NCBI GenBank assembly: GCA_963796685.1
Contig: CAWCMR010000025.1
Location: 576,001-640,000, forward strand
Direction: 5' to 3'
Length of the DNA stretch: 64,000 nt
DNA from: an uncultured delta proteobacterium
GTDB lineage: Bacteria > Myxococcota_A > Polyangia > Fen-1088
The position numbers and the translations under genes were made by a program. The notes below the pieces were generated by a model. The model was not told the DNA's origin. It did no database searches and saw nothing but the letters and a program-made list of their open reading frames with translations. Shown piece after piece: positions 29,557-39,668 of the stretch. Position 1 is the stretch's first letter. Every line of letters begins with the position of its first letter.

Positions 29557-29665
29557 GACCTCTAAGGAAGCCAGGAAAGCAGGAAGAAAGAGTTGAAATC
29601 AAGCGCGTCATGGTCTCCCCAAGGCCACACTACCCCTTCCTGGCTTCCTCGCTTCCTTAGAGGTC
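29557..29665. repeat. 30-bp imperfect inverted repeat (MITE/REP-like)
   Basis: GACCTCTAAGGAAGCCAGGAAAGCAGGAAG (29557-29586) pairs with CTTCCTGGCTTCCTCGCTTCCTTAGAGGTC (29636-29665). Confidence 0.75.
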
Positions 29666-29698
29666 TCCTTACGCGCGCAATCGCGTAGGCTTGCGCGC

Positions 29699-32600
29699 AT
29701 GGCTGCGCAGGCGCTCGAACGGTTCCACCCACTGGTTCGCCGGTGGTTCGAAAGCCGCTTCGCCGCGCCCACGGATGCGCAGGCGCAGGCCTGGCCCGTC
29801 ATCGCGCGGGGCGAGCACGTGCTGGTCAGCGCCCCCACCGGCAGCGGCAAGACCCTCACCGCGTTCCTGTCCGCCATCGACAACCTGGTGACCGAGCGGT
29901 GGACATGTGGGGGCGTTCGGGCGCTCTATCTGTCGCCGCTCAAGGCGTTGAACAGCGACGTGCGCCTCAATCTGCTCGCACCGCTGACCGAGCTGCGGGC
30001 CCTTTTCGAGCAGGAGCATTGCGCGTTTCCACCCATCCGCGTGATGACCCGCTCGGGCGACACCCCCGACGACGAACGCCGCGCGATGCTGCGCCACCCG
30101 CCCGAGATCCTCATCACCACCCCCGAGAGCTTGAACCTCATGCTCACGAGCAAACAGAGCCGGCAGCTCTTCGGTGGGCTCGCGACGGTGATCCTCGACG
30201 AGATCCACGCCTTGGCCGGCAGCAAGCGCGGCATTTACATGATGACCGCGGTCGAGCGGTTGACTCTATCCTGCCCGCCATTCCAGCGCATCGCCCTGTC
30301 GGCCACGGTGCGACCGGCAGAGACCGTCGCGGCGTGGATGGCCGGGTACGAGATCGTCGAGCCCGGCCCGGATACGCGCTACCGGCCGCGTCCGGTGCAT
30401 GTCGTGCACGCGACGGATCGGCGTTCGATTGCGCTGACCCTGCGCGCGCCGGAGGTGGAGAGGGTGAGGGGCCCGGACTCCGCGGATCTGTGGTGGCAAG
30501 CCCTGGCTGGCGATCTCAAGAAGATCGTCGAGAAGAATCGCTCCACCCTGATCTTCGCCAACAGCCGGCGCACGGTAGAGAAGCTCGCGCGCCTGCTCAA
30601 CAGCGGCGAGAACGAGCCCGTCGCCTATTCGCACCACGGCTCGCTGTCGCGCGAAATCCGCCTGGACGTGGAAGAGCGCATGAAGCAGGGTCGTCTGCGT
30701 GCCGTCGTGGCCACCGGATCGCTGGAGCTCGGCATCGATATCGGCTCCGTCGACGAGGTGATCCTGGTCGGCACGCCACCCTCGGTGGCGCAGTCGCTCC
30801 AGCGCATCGGCCGCGCCGACCACCGCGTGGGCGGCACGAGCAAGGCGAGCCTCTTCGTGCTGCACGGTCTCGACGGTGCGCAAGCGGCGTCCATGGAGGC
30901 CATGGTCGGGCGCGCGGACGTGGAAGCGATCCAGCCTATCCGCAACGCCCTCGACGTGCTGGCCCAAGTGCTGCTGTCCATGGGTTGCAACACCGTCTGG
31001 GATCTCGACCGGCTCTTCGCCTTCGTGCGCACCATCGCCGCCTACCACGAGCTGCCCCGCCATCACTTCGATCTGGTCGTCGCCATGCTGGCTGGCCGCT
31101 ACGCCGACGCACCCATTCGCGAGCTACGCCAGCGGGCGCTCGTGGACAGCGCCAAGAACACCTTCACCACGCGCGCGGGGACCGAATTCGTGCTCTACCA
31201 GTCGGGCGGCACCATCCCCGATCGCGGCTACTACCACCTGCGCCTCGCCGACAGCAAGGCCGTGATCGGCGAGCTGGACGAGGAGTTCGTGTGGGAACGC
31301 CGGCTGGGCGATCAGTTCAGCCTGGGCACGCAGGCCTGGCGCATCTTGAACGTCACCCACAACGACGTCGAGGTCGGACCCGCGGATGCGCGCGGCCCCA
31401 TGATCCCGTTCTGGAAGGCCGAGGAGCAAAATCGCTCTACCCAGGCCTCGTTCGCGCTGCTCGACTTCTTCGACGCTTGCGAGCCGCGGCTCGGCGAGCC
31501 CGATTTCGCCGACCAGCTCGGCAGGGAGCACGGCATGGACGCGGCCAGCGCGCGCGGCCTGGCGAGCTTCCTCGTCCGCCAGCACGAGATCTCGCGGGCA
31601 CCCCTGCCCGGCCGCCAGCGCGTGCTCGTCGAGTGCGGCAAGGATCCCTCGGCGCCGACGGAAAATCAACAGGTGGTGCTGCACACCTTCTGGGGCGGCA
31701 AGATCAACCGTCCCCTGGCCATCGCGCTGGCGGAGGCGTGGCAGCGCGCACGCGGCAGCCCGCTCGACGCCTTTGCCAGCAACGACCACATTCTGCTCAC
31801 GCTGCCCGAGGGCATCGACCCGGTGGGGGTGTTCGAGCTGGTTCCCGCGCGAGCGCTCGACGAGCTCTTGCGCGCGGGTCTGGAGAGGACCGCGCTCTTC
31901 GGCGCGCGCTTCCGCGAGAACGCCAGCCGGGCGCTCCTGCTCCCGCGCGGGGACGCCAGGAGACGCTACCCGCTGTGGCTCAACCGCCTGCGCTCGAAGA
32001 AGCTGCTCGCCTCGGTGTCGCGGTTCGAGGATTTTCCCATCGTGCTCGAGACCTGGCGCGACCTACTCGAGGACGAATTCGAGATTCCTACCCTGGCGGG
32101 TCTGCTCGACGACATCGCGCAAAAACGCATCGCCCTGCACCTGACCCGGCCGGCCCACCCGACGCCCTTCACCGACGGCATCGTCTTTCGCCAGACCAAC
32201 TACCACATGTACCTCGACGATGCGCCGACCTCGGGCGTGCGTTCGGGCCTGGCGGACGAGCTCTTTCGCGATCTGTTCCACGGCGCGAGCAGCTACCCCG
32301 CCGTGCCTGCGCAACTCGCGGCCGCGTTCACGGGCAAGCTCCTGCGCACCCACCCCGGTTACCAGCCGACCACGCGCGAGGAGATCCTGCTCGCCGTGCG
32401 CGAGATCCTCCTGACGCCCGCCGCAGCTGTCGACAGATGGCTGGCCGAGCTTCCACCCGACGAGCACGTCGCGGCGAACGAAGATCTTCTTTCCGCGCTC
32501 CTTGCCTATACCCTTCCCGGGGCCAGAGAAGAGCTGGTGTCCGACCTTGGCGATGTACCGCGCATTCTCGCTTTGCGTGGCATCGGCGTCGACGACCTGC

Positions 32601-34159
32601 GCACGCTGCGCCCGCTGCTCGGCGGAGCGGCTGCGCGGTCCGTGGAGCATCTACGGGCCCATCCCCATGGCACGGATTCCGAGTCCGGGGCCACGCTGGT
32701 CGGCGAGTATCTGCGCACGCGCGCGGCGGTCTCTGCCGATGAGATTTCCGCCGCCCTGGGTTTCGACGGCGCGGACCTGCCTGCGCTCCTCGACGAGCTG
32801 CTCGAGACCGAGAGCATCGTCGCCGGGCAGCTGCTCGAAGGGCGGACCGAGCGCTGCTTCTGCGACGCCGACAACGCCGAGCGCTTGCTCCGCCTGCATC
32901 GAGCGGCTCGGCGCGCGTCCGCCGAACAGGCGCTCCGCCCGCGGCCCATGGAGGATCTGCCGCATTTCTTCAACGAATGGCAGGGGCTTGGCCGGCAAGG
33001 TGGCGACCTCGAAGCACTGCAAGGCGCGCTCGACCGCCTGTTCGGCTTTCCCCTGTCCGCCGGGCTGTGGGAAGAGGCCGTGCTGCCGAGCCGACTTACG
33101 CCGTACTACCCGTCGTGGCTCGACACCCTCTTTCAGTCCTACGGTCTCGCCTGGTTCGGCTGTGGCAAGGAGAGGGTCGCTCTTGCGTTGGCCAGCGACC
33201 AGGAGCTGTTCCTGGACAAGCCCGAATCCGATGCCGGGGGCGACGAGCAGGCCCAATCCGCGCTCGTGCGCCGCCTGGAAGAATCGGAGCGCGGGCTTGG
33301 CTTCTTCGATCTCGCGCCAGCCACGGGGCTCGGCACGGCCCGCGTGGCCGAGATGTTGTGGGATCTGGCATGGCACGGCCGCGTCGCCACCGACAGCTAC
33401 GAAACCATCCGGCGCGGTATCGCGAGCAACTTCGCGCCGGACGAGGTGAGCCCGGCCGGAGGCGGTGGCCGCGCAGGGTTTCGTCGCTGGGAGCGCTCGC
33501 GTCCGAGCGCCGGCACTTGGCGCCTGTTGCACGACGGGCGGGATCGGAGCCCGGTCGAAAACGCCGAGCTGGAAAAAGAACGCGCACGCCTGGTGCTCGC
33601 CCGCTACGGGGTGGTCTTTCGCGAGCGGCTCGAGCACGAATTGCCGCTCTTGCGCTGGGCCCGGCTCTTCCGTGCCCTGCGCCTGCTCGAGCTGTCGGGC
33701 GAGATCGTCTCGGGGCACTTCTTCGAAGGCGTTCCCGGCATTCAGTTCGCAACCCACGAGGCCCTTCGTCGCTTGCCCGAGCCGCTACCAGGCGAGCGCC
33801 TGTATTGCATGAACGCGTGCGATCCGGCCTCGGTGTGCGGCCTCGGCATGGGCGGATTCCCTGCCCAGCTCCCGCGCCGCATCGCGAGCAACTGGATGGT
33901 GTTTCAGGGCAGGCAACTCGTGCTGGTGTTGCAGAAGAACGGCAGGGAATTGTCGGTCCTGGTCGAGGCGCACCATGCTGCGCTCGTGCCTGCGCTCGAG
34001 ATGTACCGCTTCTTCCTTCGTCGGGAGACCTCTCCCCTGTCCTCGGTCACCGTGGAGACCGTCAATGGCGTGAATGCCGGCGCCTCGCCCTTCGCCGATG
34101 CGCTGCGGGCGGCGGGCTTTGCCAACGACTACCGCGGGATGATCCTGTGGAAACGCTGA
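29699..34159 (+). CDS. lhr: Lhr-family DEAD/DEAH helicase (long form)
   Basis: APTGSGKT, LSPLKAL, TTPESL, ILDEIH, LSAT, HHGSLS, LQRIGR, GGTIPDRG, GELDEEFVWE; C-terminal ACDPAS. Confidence 0.9.
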   Translation: MAAQALERFHPLVRRWFESRFAAPTDAQAQAWPVIARGEHVLVSAPTGSGKTLTAFLSAIDNLVTERWTCGGVRALYLSPLKALNSDVRLNLLAPLTELRALFEQEHCAFPPIRVMTRSGDTPDDERRAMLRHPPEILITTPESLNLMLTSKQSRQLFGGLATVILDEIHALAGSKRGIYMMTAVERLTLSCPPFQRIALSATVRPAETVAAWMAGYEIVEPGPDTRYRPRPVHVVHATDRRSIALTLRAPEVERVRGPDSADLWWQALAGDLKKIVEKNRSTLIFANSRRTVEKLARLLNSGENEPVAYSHHGSLSREIRLDVEERMKQGRLRAVVATGSLELGIDIGSVDEVILVGTPPSVAQSLQRIGRADHRVGGTSKASLFVLHGLDGAQAASMEAMVGRADVEAIQPIRNALDVLAQVLLSMGCNTVWDLDRLFAFVRTIAAYHELPRHHFDLVVAMLAGRYADAPIRELRQRALVDSAKNTFTTRAGTEFVLYQSGGTIPDRGYYHLRLADSKAVIGELDEEFVWERRLGDQFSLGTQAWRILNVTHNDVEVGPADARGPMIPFWKAEEQNRSTQASFALLDFFDACEPRLGEPDFADQLGREHGMDAASARGLASFLVRQHEISRAPLPGRQRVLVECGKDPSAPTENQQVVLHTFWGGKINRPLAIALAEAWQRARGSPLDAFASNDHILLTLPEGIDPVGVFELVPARALDELLRAGLERTALFGARFRENASRALLLPRGDARRRYPLWLNRLRSKKLLASVSRFEDFPIVLETWRDLLEDEFEIPTLAGLLDDIAQKRIALHLTRPAHPTPFTDGIVFRQTNYHMYLDDAPTSGVRSGLADELFRDLFHGASSYPAVPAQLAAAFTGKLLRTHPGYQPTTREEILLAVREILLTPAAAVDRWLAELPPDEHVAANEDLLSALLAYTLPGAREELVSDLGDVPRILALRGIGVDDLRTLRPLLGGAAARSVEHLRAHPHGTDSESGATLVGEYLRTRAAVSADEISAALGFDGADLPALLDELLETESIVAGQLLEGRTERCFCDADNAERLLRLHRAARRASAEQALRPRPMEDLPHFFNEWQGLGRQGGDLEALQGALDRLFGFPLSAGLWEEAVLPSRLTPYYPSWLDTLFQSYGLAWFGCGKERVALALASDQELFLDKPESDAGGDEQAQSALVRRLEESERGLGFFDLAPATGLGTARVAEMLWDLAWHGRVATDSYETIRRGIASNFAPDEVSPAGGGGRAGFRRWERSRPSAGTWRLLHDGRDRSPVENAELEKERARLVLARYGVVFRERLEHELPLLRWARLFRALRLLELSGEIVSGHFFEGVPGIQFATHEALRRLPEPLPGERLYCMNACDPASVCGLGMGGFPAQLPRRIASNWMVFQGRQLVLVLQKNGRELSVLVEAHHAALVPALEMYRFFLRRETSPLSSVTVETVNGVNAGASPFADALRAAGFANDYRGMILWKR

Positions 34160-35175
34160 CCTCCCCGTCCGCGCGACAACGCGCGCTCCTGGCCTTCTAC
34201 GACAAGCACGCACGCGATCTGCCTTGGCGCCGAACACGCGATCCCTACGCCATCTGGGTTTCCGAGGTCATGCTCCAGCAGACCCAAGTCCAGACCGTGA
34301 TTCCACGTTTCGCCGGGTTTCTGCGACAGTTTCCGACCGTCGCGGCCCTGGCCGCCGCGGACGAGCGCACGGTGTGCGAGGCATGGGCCGGCCTTGGCTA
34401 CTACCGGCGCGCACGCAACCTGCACAAGGCCGCGCGCATGATGGTGGCCGAGTTGCACGGCGAGCTACCCGGCCGCGAATCGGCGCTGAGGCAACTGCCC
34501 GGCATCGGGGCGTACACGGCCGCCGCCATCGCCTCCATCGCCTTCGCCGAGAGGACCCCCGCGGTCGACGGCAATCTGGTGCGCGTGCTCGCGCGCGTGC
34601 ATGCCCTGCCCGGCCGGGCCGACGATCGCGCCCTGACGCTCGCGGTGCGGGAGCAGGCCCGGTCCCTCGTGGATTGCCGCCAGCCAGGAGAGATCAATCA
34701 AGCGCTCATGGACATCGGCGCGACCCTGTGCCGACCGGAAAATCCCGTTTGCCGAGAATGCCCGTTGCGCCGGGCCTGCCTGGCTTTCAACCAAGGAACG
34801 CCGACGGCATATCCAGGCGGCAAGTCGAAGGCCGCGCGCAAATCCCTACGCATCGCCTTCGCCTGGATAGAAGACAAGGGAGCCTTGCTGCTCGAACAGC
34901 GCCCCCTCGAAGGACTATGGGCCGGCCTGTGGGAACTGCCCAGCGCAAGCGGCGCGCGTGCCAAGCATTCGCTGGAACAGCGCCTGGAACAACCGTTGGG
35001 CGAGCCCTTGGCGCGAATTTTCCACGAGCTGACTCACCGCCATGTGACAGCCAACATTTATCGGGCAAGCGCGAAACCGCGACCGGGACAGCGCTGGTGG
35101 AAGGAGCCGCTGGGCGCGCCGTTGTCGTCGCTGGCGCGCAAGGCGATCATGGCCGTCGAACAGCGACGGTCGTGA
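34147..35175 (+). CDS. mutY: A/G-specific adenine glycosylase
   Basis: RDLPWR, WVSEVMLQQTQV, WAGLGYYRRARNL, LPGIGAYTA, VDGN, CRPENPVCRECPLRRAC, GLWELP. Confidence 0.93.
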   Translation: METLTSPSARQRALLAFYDKHARDLPWRRTRDPYAIWVSEVMLQQTQVQTVIPRFAGFLRQFPTVAALAAADERTVCEAWAGLGYYRRARNLHKAARMMVAELHGELPGRESALRQLPGIGAYTAAAIASIAFAERTPAVDGNLVRVLARVHALPGRADDRALTLAVREQARSLVDCRQPGEINQALMDIGATLCRPENPVCRECPLRRACLAFNQGTPTAYPGGKSKAARKSLRIAFAWIEDKGALLLEQRPLEGLWAGLWELPSASGARAKHSLEQRLEQPLGEPLARIFHELTHRHVTANIYRASAKPRPGQRWWKEPLGAPLSSLARKAIMAVEQRRS

Positions 35176-35739
35176 ACGGACGGGCCACTCGAGATACGCC
35201 GCGAGACCGGTCGGCCATTCGCTATTCCACCACCGCCCGAGGCCGCTCCCGGCCCATCCGCAGCTGAACCTTGCAGGCACCGAGAAGCAGGCCCTCTCTG
35301 CGGGCTCAGGGGGCTTGAGCCCCCTTCACGCAAGTAAGGGTGCTTTCAGGCACCTTCCCTCAGGAGTCAGGAAAGACCTCCAGCGGCATAGACTGAAGGT
35401 GGTAATGTTCTAGGAACTGGTCATAACCAGGGCCAAACGAGATACTACATGCCGGATATGTGGTTCAGATATCAATTCACCATGCACCGAACCCGCCGTG
35501 GGCTGCAGCGACATGAGCAGTGGCATAGTAACCTGTGCGTGCTTCGGGATTGCCTCGGACGCCTCGATTGGGACCTGGCAGTGCAGCTCTGTAATCTAAT
35601 CGACTGATCGCGTGCTGCAGGGTGAAGGACAGATATCTGTTCCGTATCCCATAATACACCGTGGCGAAATGTATTCTCTACACTGTTTGGGCGAAGGCTC
35701 TGCTCGGTGCGCTCTTTGCCAACCCGGAGCAGTCCGATT

Positions 35740-36738
35740 CTACACGAACGACCATTCCCTTGCGGTCGGGGCCGTTCGCGCCAACGGCATCGGACACGGT
35801 GTCGCCGTTTCTTCCACCGCAAAGGCCCAGGGGTGCTCTCGGGCCTTCACCGCCTCCTCCAACGCCTGGGCGAATGCGAGCACGCTGTCGAAACGACCTT
35901 CCTTCTTCTTGCAGAGCGCCCGCAGGAGCACGCTTTCGAGTCTCGGAGCGAGTCCGCGCGCCAAGCAAAGGGCCGCGGGCGCTTCGTAGACGACCTGAAA
36001 GAGGAGGGATTGGATAGAATTTGCGGCGAATGCCGTGCGTCCCGACAACGCTTCCCATGCGATGCAGGCCAATGCCCACTGGTCGGTACGTTCGTCGACG
36101 GTGTCGACTTGGCCAAGCGCCTGTTCGGGAGACATATAGTGGGGTGTTCCCATGATGGGCTCGGGCTGCGCGGCAAGCTCACTTGCCCTGCAGGCCTTGT
36201 TGACCCCGAAGTCGATCACCTTCACGTAATCCACTTTGCAGGCAGCGTCGCACAGGAAGATGTTCGCAGGCTTGAGGTCCCGGTGGACGACGCCCTTGGC
36301 ATGAATTGCGGCGAGCGCCGCAGCCGTTTGCTTGATCACGCGTAGCGCAGTCCTCGACGAGAGTCTCCCCGCGCGGCGAAGGCGGCTGTCGAGATCTTCT
36401 CCCTCGAGGAATTCCATCACCAGGTAGGGCTGGCCGGTGTGCATGACGCCGAAGTCGAAGGCATGGACTATGTGCGGATGATCCAGTTGGATCGTGACCT
36501 CTGCCTCGCGGCGGAACAACGCGACAGCCTCCTTATCCGTTGCGAGAGCATGATGCATCGCCTTGAGAGCGACGCGTTTGTTGCAATGAAGCTCCGCGGC
36601 CTCGTAGACGTTGCCCATTCCGCCCTGCCCGAGAAGGCGGTCGATGCGGTAGGCACCGTTGATGGTTTGGCCGAGAAGAGGATCCGCAGGGTCGGCGCGC
36701 GGGACATCCCGCGCCGGAGTGGGCGTCTCCGCGCGCAT
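35740..36738 (-). CDS. Ser/Thr protein kinase (Hanks type)
   Basis: LGQGGMGNVY, VALK, HRDLKPANIF, DFG, GTPHYMSPEQ, DQWAL. Confidence 0.9.
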   Translation of the reverse strand: MRAETPTPARDVPRADPADPLLGQTINGAYRIDRLLGQGGMGNVYEAAELHCNKRVALKAMHHALATDKEAVALFRREAEVTIQLDHPHIVHAFDFGVMHTGQPYLVMEFLEGEDLDSRLRRAGRLSSRTALRVIKQTAAALAAIHAKGVVHRDLKPANIFLCDAACKVDYVKVIDFGVNKACRASELAAQPEPIMGTPHYMSPEQALGQVDTVDERTDQWALACIAWEALSGRTAFAANSIQSLLFQVVYEAPAALCLARGLAPRLESVLLRALCKKKEGRFDSVLAFAQALEEAVKAREHPWAFAVEETATPCPMPLARTAPTAREWSFV

Positions 36739-37189
36739 GGAGCGCGGACGCAGGTACCGATCCAGCTTCTCGCGTTTGTGTGATCCTGATGTGGGCGGAA
36801 GACGCAGACACCGCCCGAAGCGGGATCGAGCCCCGCCCCTCTGACCCCGATAGGCCGTTAGGCCCACCGGGGTCCCCCCCATCCATCAGCCGGAGGCGGC
36901 GGCTGACCGTTCGCCCATCGGCCGTACAGGCTAGTCTGTTCATAGGCAGCGCAGGCCTATGCAAGGCGAGTGCCCCGCACGTGGCCCCGGATATCCGCCA
37001 AGTGCGTGCTGGCCTTATCCACGGCCAGGTGGGAATGCGATCACATTCGCGAAAGCACTTTCGGAAATGGATGTTGGCGTCATGCGCGACGGACGCGTGA
37101 TAACGAAATCGATGCAGCGCCGTGACTCGCTCTTGACCGCGAGCGCGGACGCGGTATGGATAGCGTCACAGCATCTCCGGGAGCGTCAC

Positions 37190-37840
37190 ATGAAGCAGAA
37201 GATTGGAATCATCGGAACTGGAGACGTCGGAAAGGCGCTGGCCCGAGGGTTTCTTCGGCGTGGCCACCCAGTGATGGTCGGATCGCGCAGTGCCGAAAAG
37301 CTCGCGGCGCTACGGAGCAGCATCGGCCAGCAGCTGGCAACCGGAACCCTCAAGGAAGCGGCCGGCTTCGCAGAAGTCGTCGTCTTGGCGGTCAAGGGGA
37401 CCGGTGCCAAGGACGCGATCGCCAGCATCTCGGGCCCTGAGCTTGCGGGAAAGGTGATCATCGATACCACCAACCCCATCGCCGATGCACCGCCCGTCAA
37501 TGGGGTGCTCCAGTTCTTCACCGGGCACAACGAATCGCTGCTGGAACAGCTCCAGCAAGCTGCCCCGAGCGCCCGCTTCGTCAAGGCGTGGAGCTCCGTG
37601 GGCAGCGCGCACATGGACGACCCGCACTTCGCGGCGGGCAGGCCCACTATGTTCATCTGCGGCAATGACCAAGACGCCAAGGTCCTGGTCACCGAGATCC
37701 TGAAGGACTTCGGCTGGGACGCCGAGGACATGGGGGCGGCGGAAAGCGCGCGCGCCATCGAACCGCTGTGTCAGCTCTGGTGCATTCCCGGGCTGCGCTC
37801 GAATCAGTGGAACCACGCGTTCAAGCTCCTCAAGGCCTGA
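37190..37840 (+). CDS. NADPH-dependent F420 reductase-family oxidoreductase
   Basis: IGIIGTGDVG, GSR, VVLAV, IIDTTNP, ARAIEPL. Confidence 0.88.
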   Translation: MKQKIGIIGTGDVGKALARGFLRRGHPVMVGSRSAEKLAALRSSIGQQLATGTLKEAAGFAEVVVLAVKGTGAKDAIASISGPELAGKVIIDTTNPIADAPPVNGVLQFFTGHNESLLEQLQQAAPSARFVKAWSSVGSAHMDDPHFAAGRPTMFICGNDQDAKVLVTEILKDFGWDAEDMGAAESARAIEPLCQLWCIPGLRSNQWNHAFKLLKA

Positions 37841-37877
37841 GCCGGCCTTCGCCAGCGCTCGCCCGCCGAAGATCGGC

Positions 37878-39632
37878 TCAACGAACGAAGCGCTCGAAGT
37901 AGCGCGCGAGCTGTTTGACGGCGGTCCCCCGGTCGGCCTGCAGTCGCGCCGCGGTCTGCGAAGCGAAGGACGACATCGCCTCCTCGTCCATCGGCTCCGA
38001 ATCGCCGCCCGAATTGCCGAGATGGAAGAAGAGCAGCGGCTTGAGGTACTTCTCGTTCCACTCCTTCTGGTCGTCCCAGCTCCTTGGCTCGTGACCGTGG
38101 TCTTCGAAGAAGGCCTCGACAGCCTTGACGGCGAGATCGGCCCACTGGGGGCGCGCCGAGTCGTCGCTGTCCACGGTCGTCGGCGCGGGCGGTGCCCGCA
38201 AGGCGCCTGCCTGCAGAGCCTGCTTGCAGCTCTCCGGATCGATCGACCCGTGGGTCGCGTCGCGCGGGAGCCGCAGCCCGAAGTTCATCAGCTCGCGGAA
38301 ATTCCCCTCCCAGGCGTGATTCTGAAGCACCTTGAGCGCGTCCGCGGTGAGCGCGTCGCGCGCAGAGGTACCTGGGTTGAGGCGCGTGTTCTCCAAGCAG
38401 GCGAGCACGTCTTCCCAGCGCGAGCGCAGCGAGGGCACCTCGACGACGTAGACCGACAGTCGGTACCACAGATCGACCCGAAAATTCCCTGCCCGCGTGG
38501 CCGCACGCAGATCGCGGTTGGTCGCGGCCACGACGCGGACATCGGCGCTGCGGGCGCGACCCGATTCGCCGACGCGCTCGTACTCTCGGCGGTCGAGAAA
38601 GCGCAGGACCATGGCCTGCACGTCAATCGGCAGCTCTCCGATCTCGTCGAGGAACAGCGTGCCTCCCTGCGCCCGCTCGACGGCCCCGACGATCCGCCGC
38701 GTGGCGCCCGTGAACGATCCCGGTTCGGCCCCGAACAGCTCCGAGCGAAGCAGCTCCTTGCTGAAGGTGGAGCAGTTCGTGGTGACCAAGGGGCCGCTTC
38801 GACCCGACTCCCGATGGAAGACCTCGGCCAGCACCTCTTTTCCGGCCCCCGATGGCCCCATCAAAAGCAGCGTCTTCGCATCCCTTTGCGCGGCTTCGAC
38901 GACGTCGCGATGGGCTTTCCGAATTGCGCGCGAGGCCAGGATCATGCCTTCGTTGCGCGTATTCTCCTCCGACTCGAAAAGCGAATTCTGGCGACCGACC
39001 CAGCGCCAGACGTGCTCCAGTGTCCCCGCCCAGGTCGCGTCGGCGGTCGCGAGAGCGACGACGTCGAGCACCGCGCCGTTGGCGAGAGGGATCTGGCTCG
39101 GAGAGTGGTTCGTCGCGGGGTCGTCGTCTCGAACCATCACGCGCGCGTCCACCTCGCGGACGGAGAGCCAGTCCTCGATCGATCGCGCGATGGCCGGGGC
39201 GAAGTCGTGACGATCGTGCCAGACCGGCGGCTCAGGGTCATCCGCGCGCAGGAGGTTGGCCTTGGCCTTCCCGAGCTGCAGCACGACATCCGAATCGCCG
39301 ACGTCGATGGGACGGTCCTTGGGAAGCAAGAGCCACGTGCCATTCCGGCTTCCAAGATCCCGGACCTGGGATTGCCCGTCATGGTTCGATACGAGGACAT
39401 GGTTGGCGGACACGCTCGGGGACAGGATGCGCACCGGATCGATGGGCGGCGACTGGTCGCCGCCCGGGATCCCCGGCGCGTGCGCATCAGGGTTCCGCCC
39501 CAAAAGAAAGGCCCGCGCCGGCTCGAGCTCGGCCGCGTACGCCGCATGTCCTTCGGGTGCAAGAACGGTCAATCGCGTCACGAACGGTGCCTCCTTGGCG
39601 GCATCGTAGACCACCTCGCACGGATTCGGCAA
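37878..39632 (-). CDS. FHA-domain sigma54-dependent activator (bEBP)
   Basis: [21 protein letters not shown]; [53 protein letters not shown]. Confidence 0.9.
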   Translation of the reverse strand: MPNPCEVVYDAAKEAPFVTRLTVLAPEGHAAYAAELEPARAFLLGRNPDAHAPGIPGGDQSPPIDPVRILSPSVSANHVLVSNHDGQSQVRDLGSRNGTWLLLPKDRPIDVGDSDVVLQLGKAKANLLRADDPEPPVWHDRHDFAPAIARSIEDWLSVREVDARVMVRDDDPATNHSPSQIPLANGAVLDVVALATADATWAGTLEHVWRWVGRQNSLFESEENTRNEGMILASRAIRKAHRDVVEAAQRDAKTLLLMGPSGAGKEVLAEVFHRESGRSGPLVTTNCSTFSKELLRSELFGAEPGSFTGATRRIVGAVERAQGGTLFLDEIGELPIDVQAMVLRFLDRREYERVGESGRARSADVRVVAATNRDLRAATRAGNFRVDLWYRLSVYVVEVPSLRSRWEDVLACLENTRLNPGTSARDALTADALKVLQNHAWEGNFRELMNFGLRLPRDATHGSIDPESCKQALQAGALRAPPAPTTVDSDDSARPQWADLAVKAVEAFFEDHGHEPRSWDDQKEWNEKYLKPLLFFHLGNSGGDSEPMDEEAMSSFASQTAARLQADRGTAVKQLARYFERFVR

Positions 39633-39668
39633 TCTGTCTGCCTTCGGCTACCACGACCGTCGGCGCGA

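Noticed and set aside
29743-32742. 999-aa alternate-frame ORF, and similar long shadow ORFs (3568..5415, 22968..25154, 38022..40415, 43954..45894, 58463..60838)
   Set aside because: Arg/Ala/Pro-rich or antisense shadows of well-supported genes, expected in high-GC DNA.
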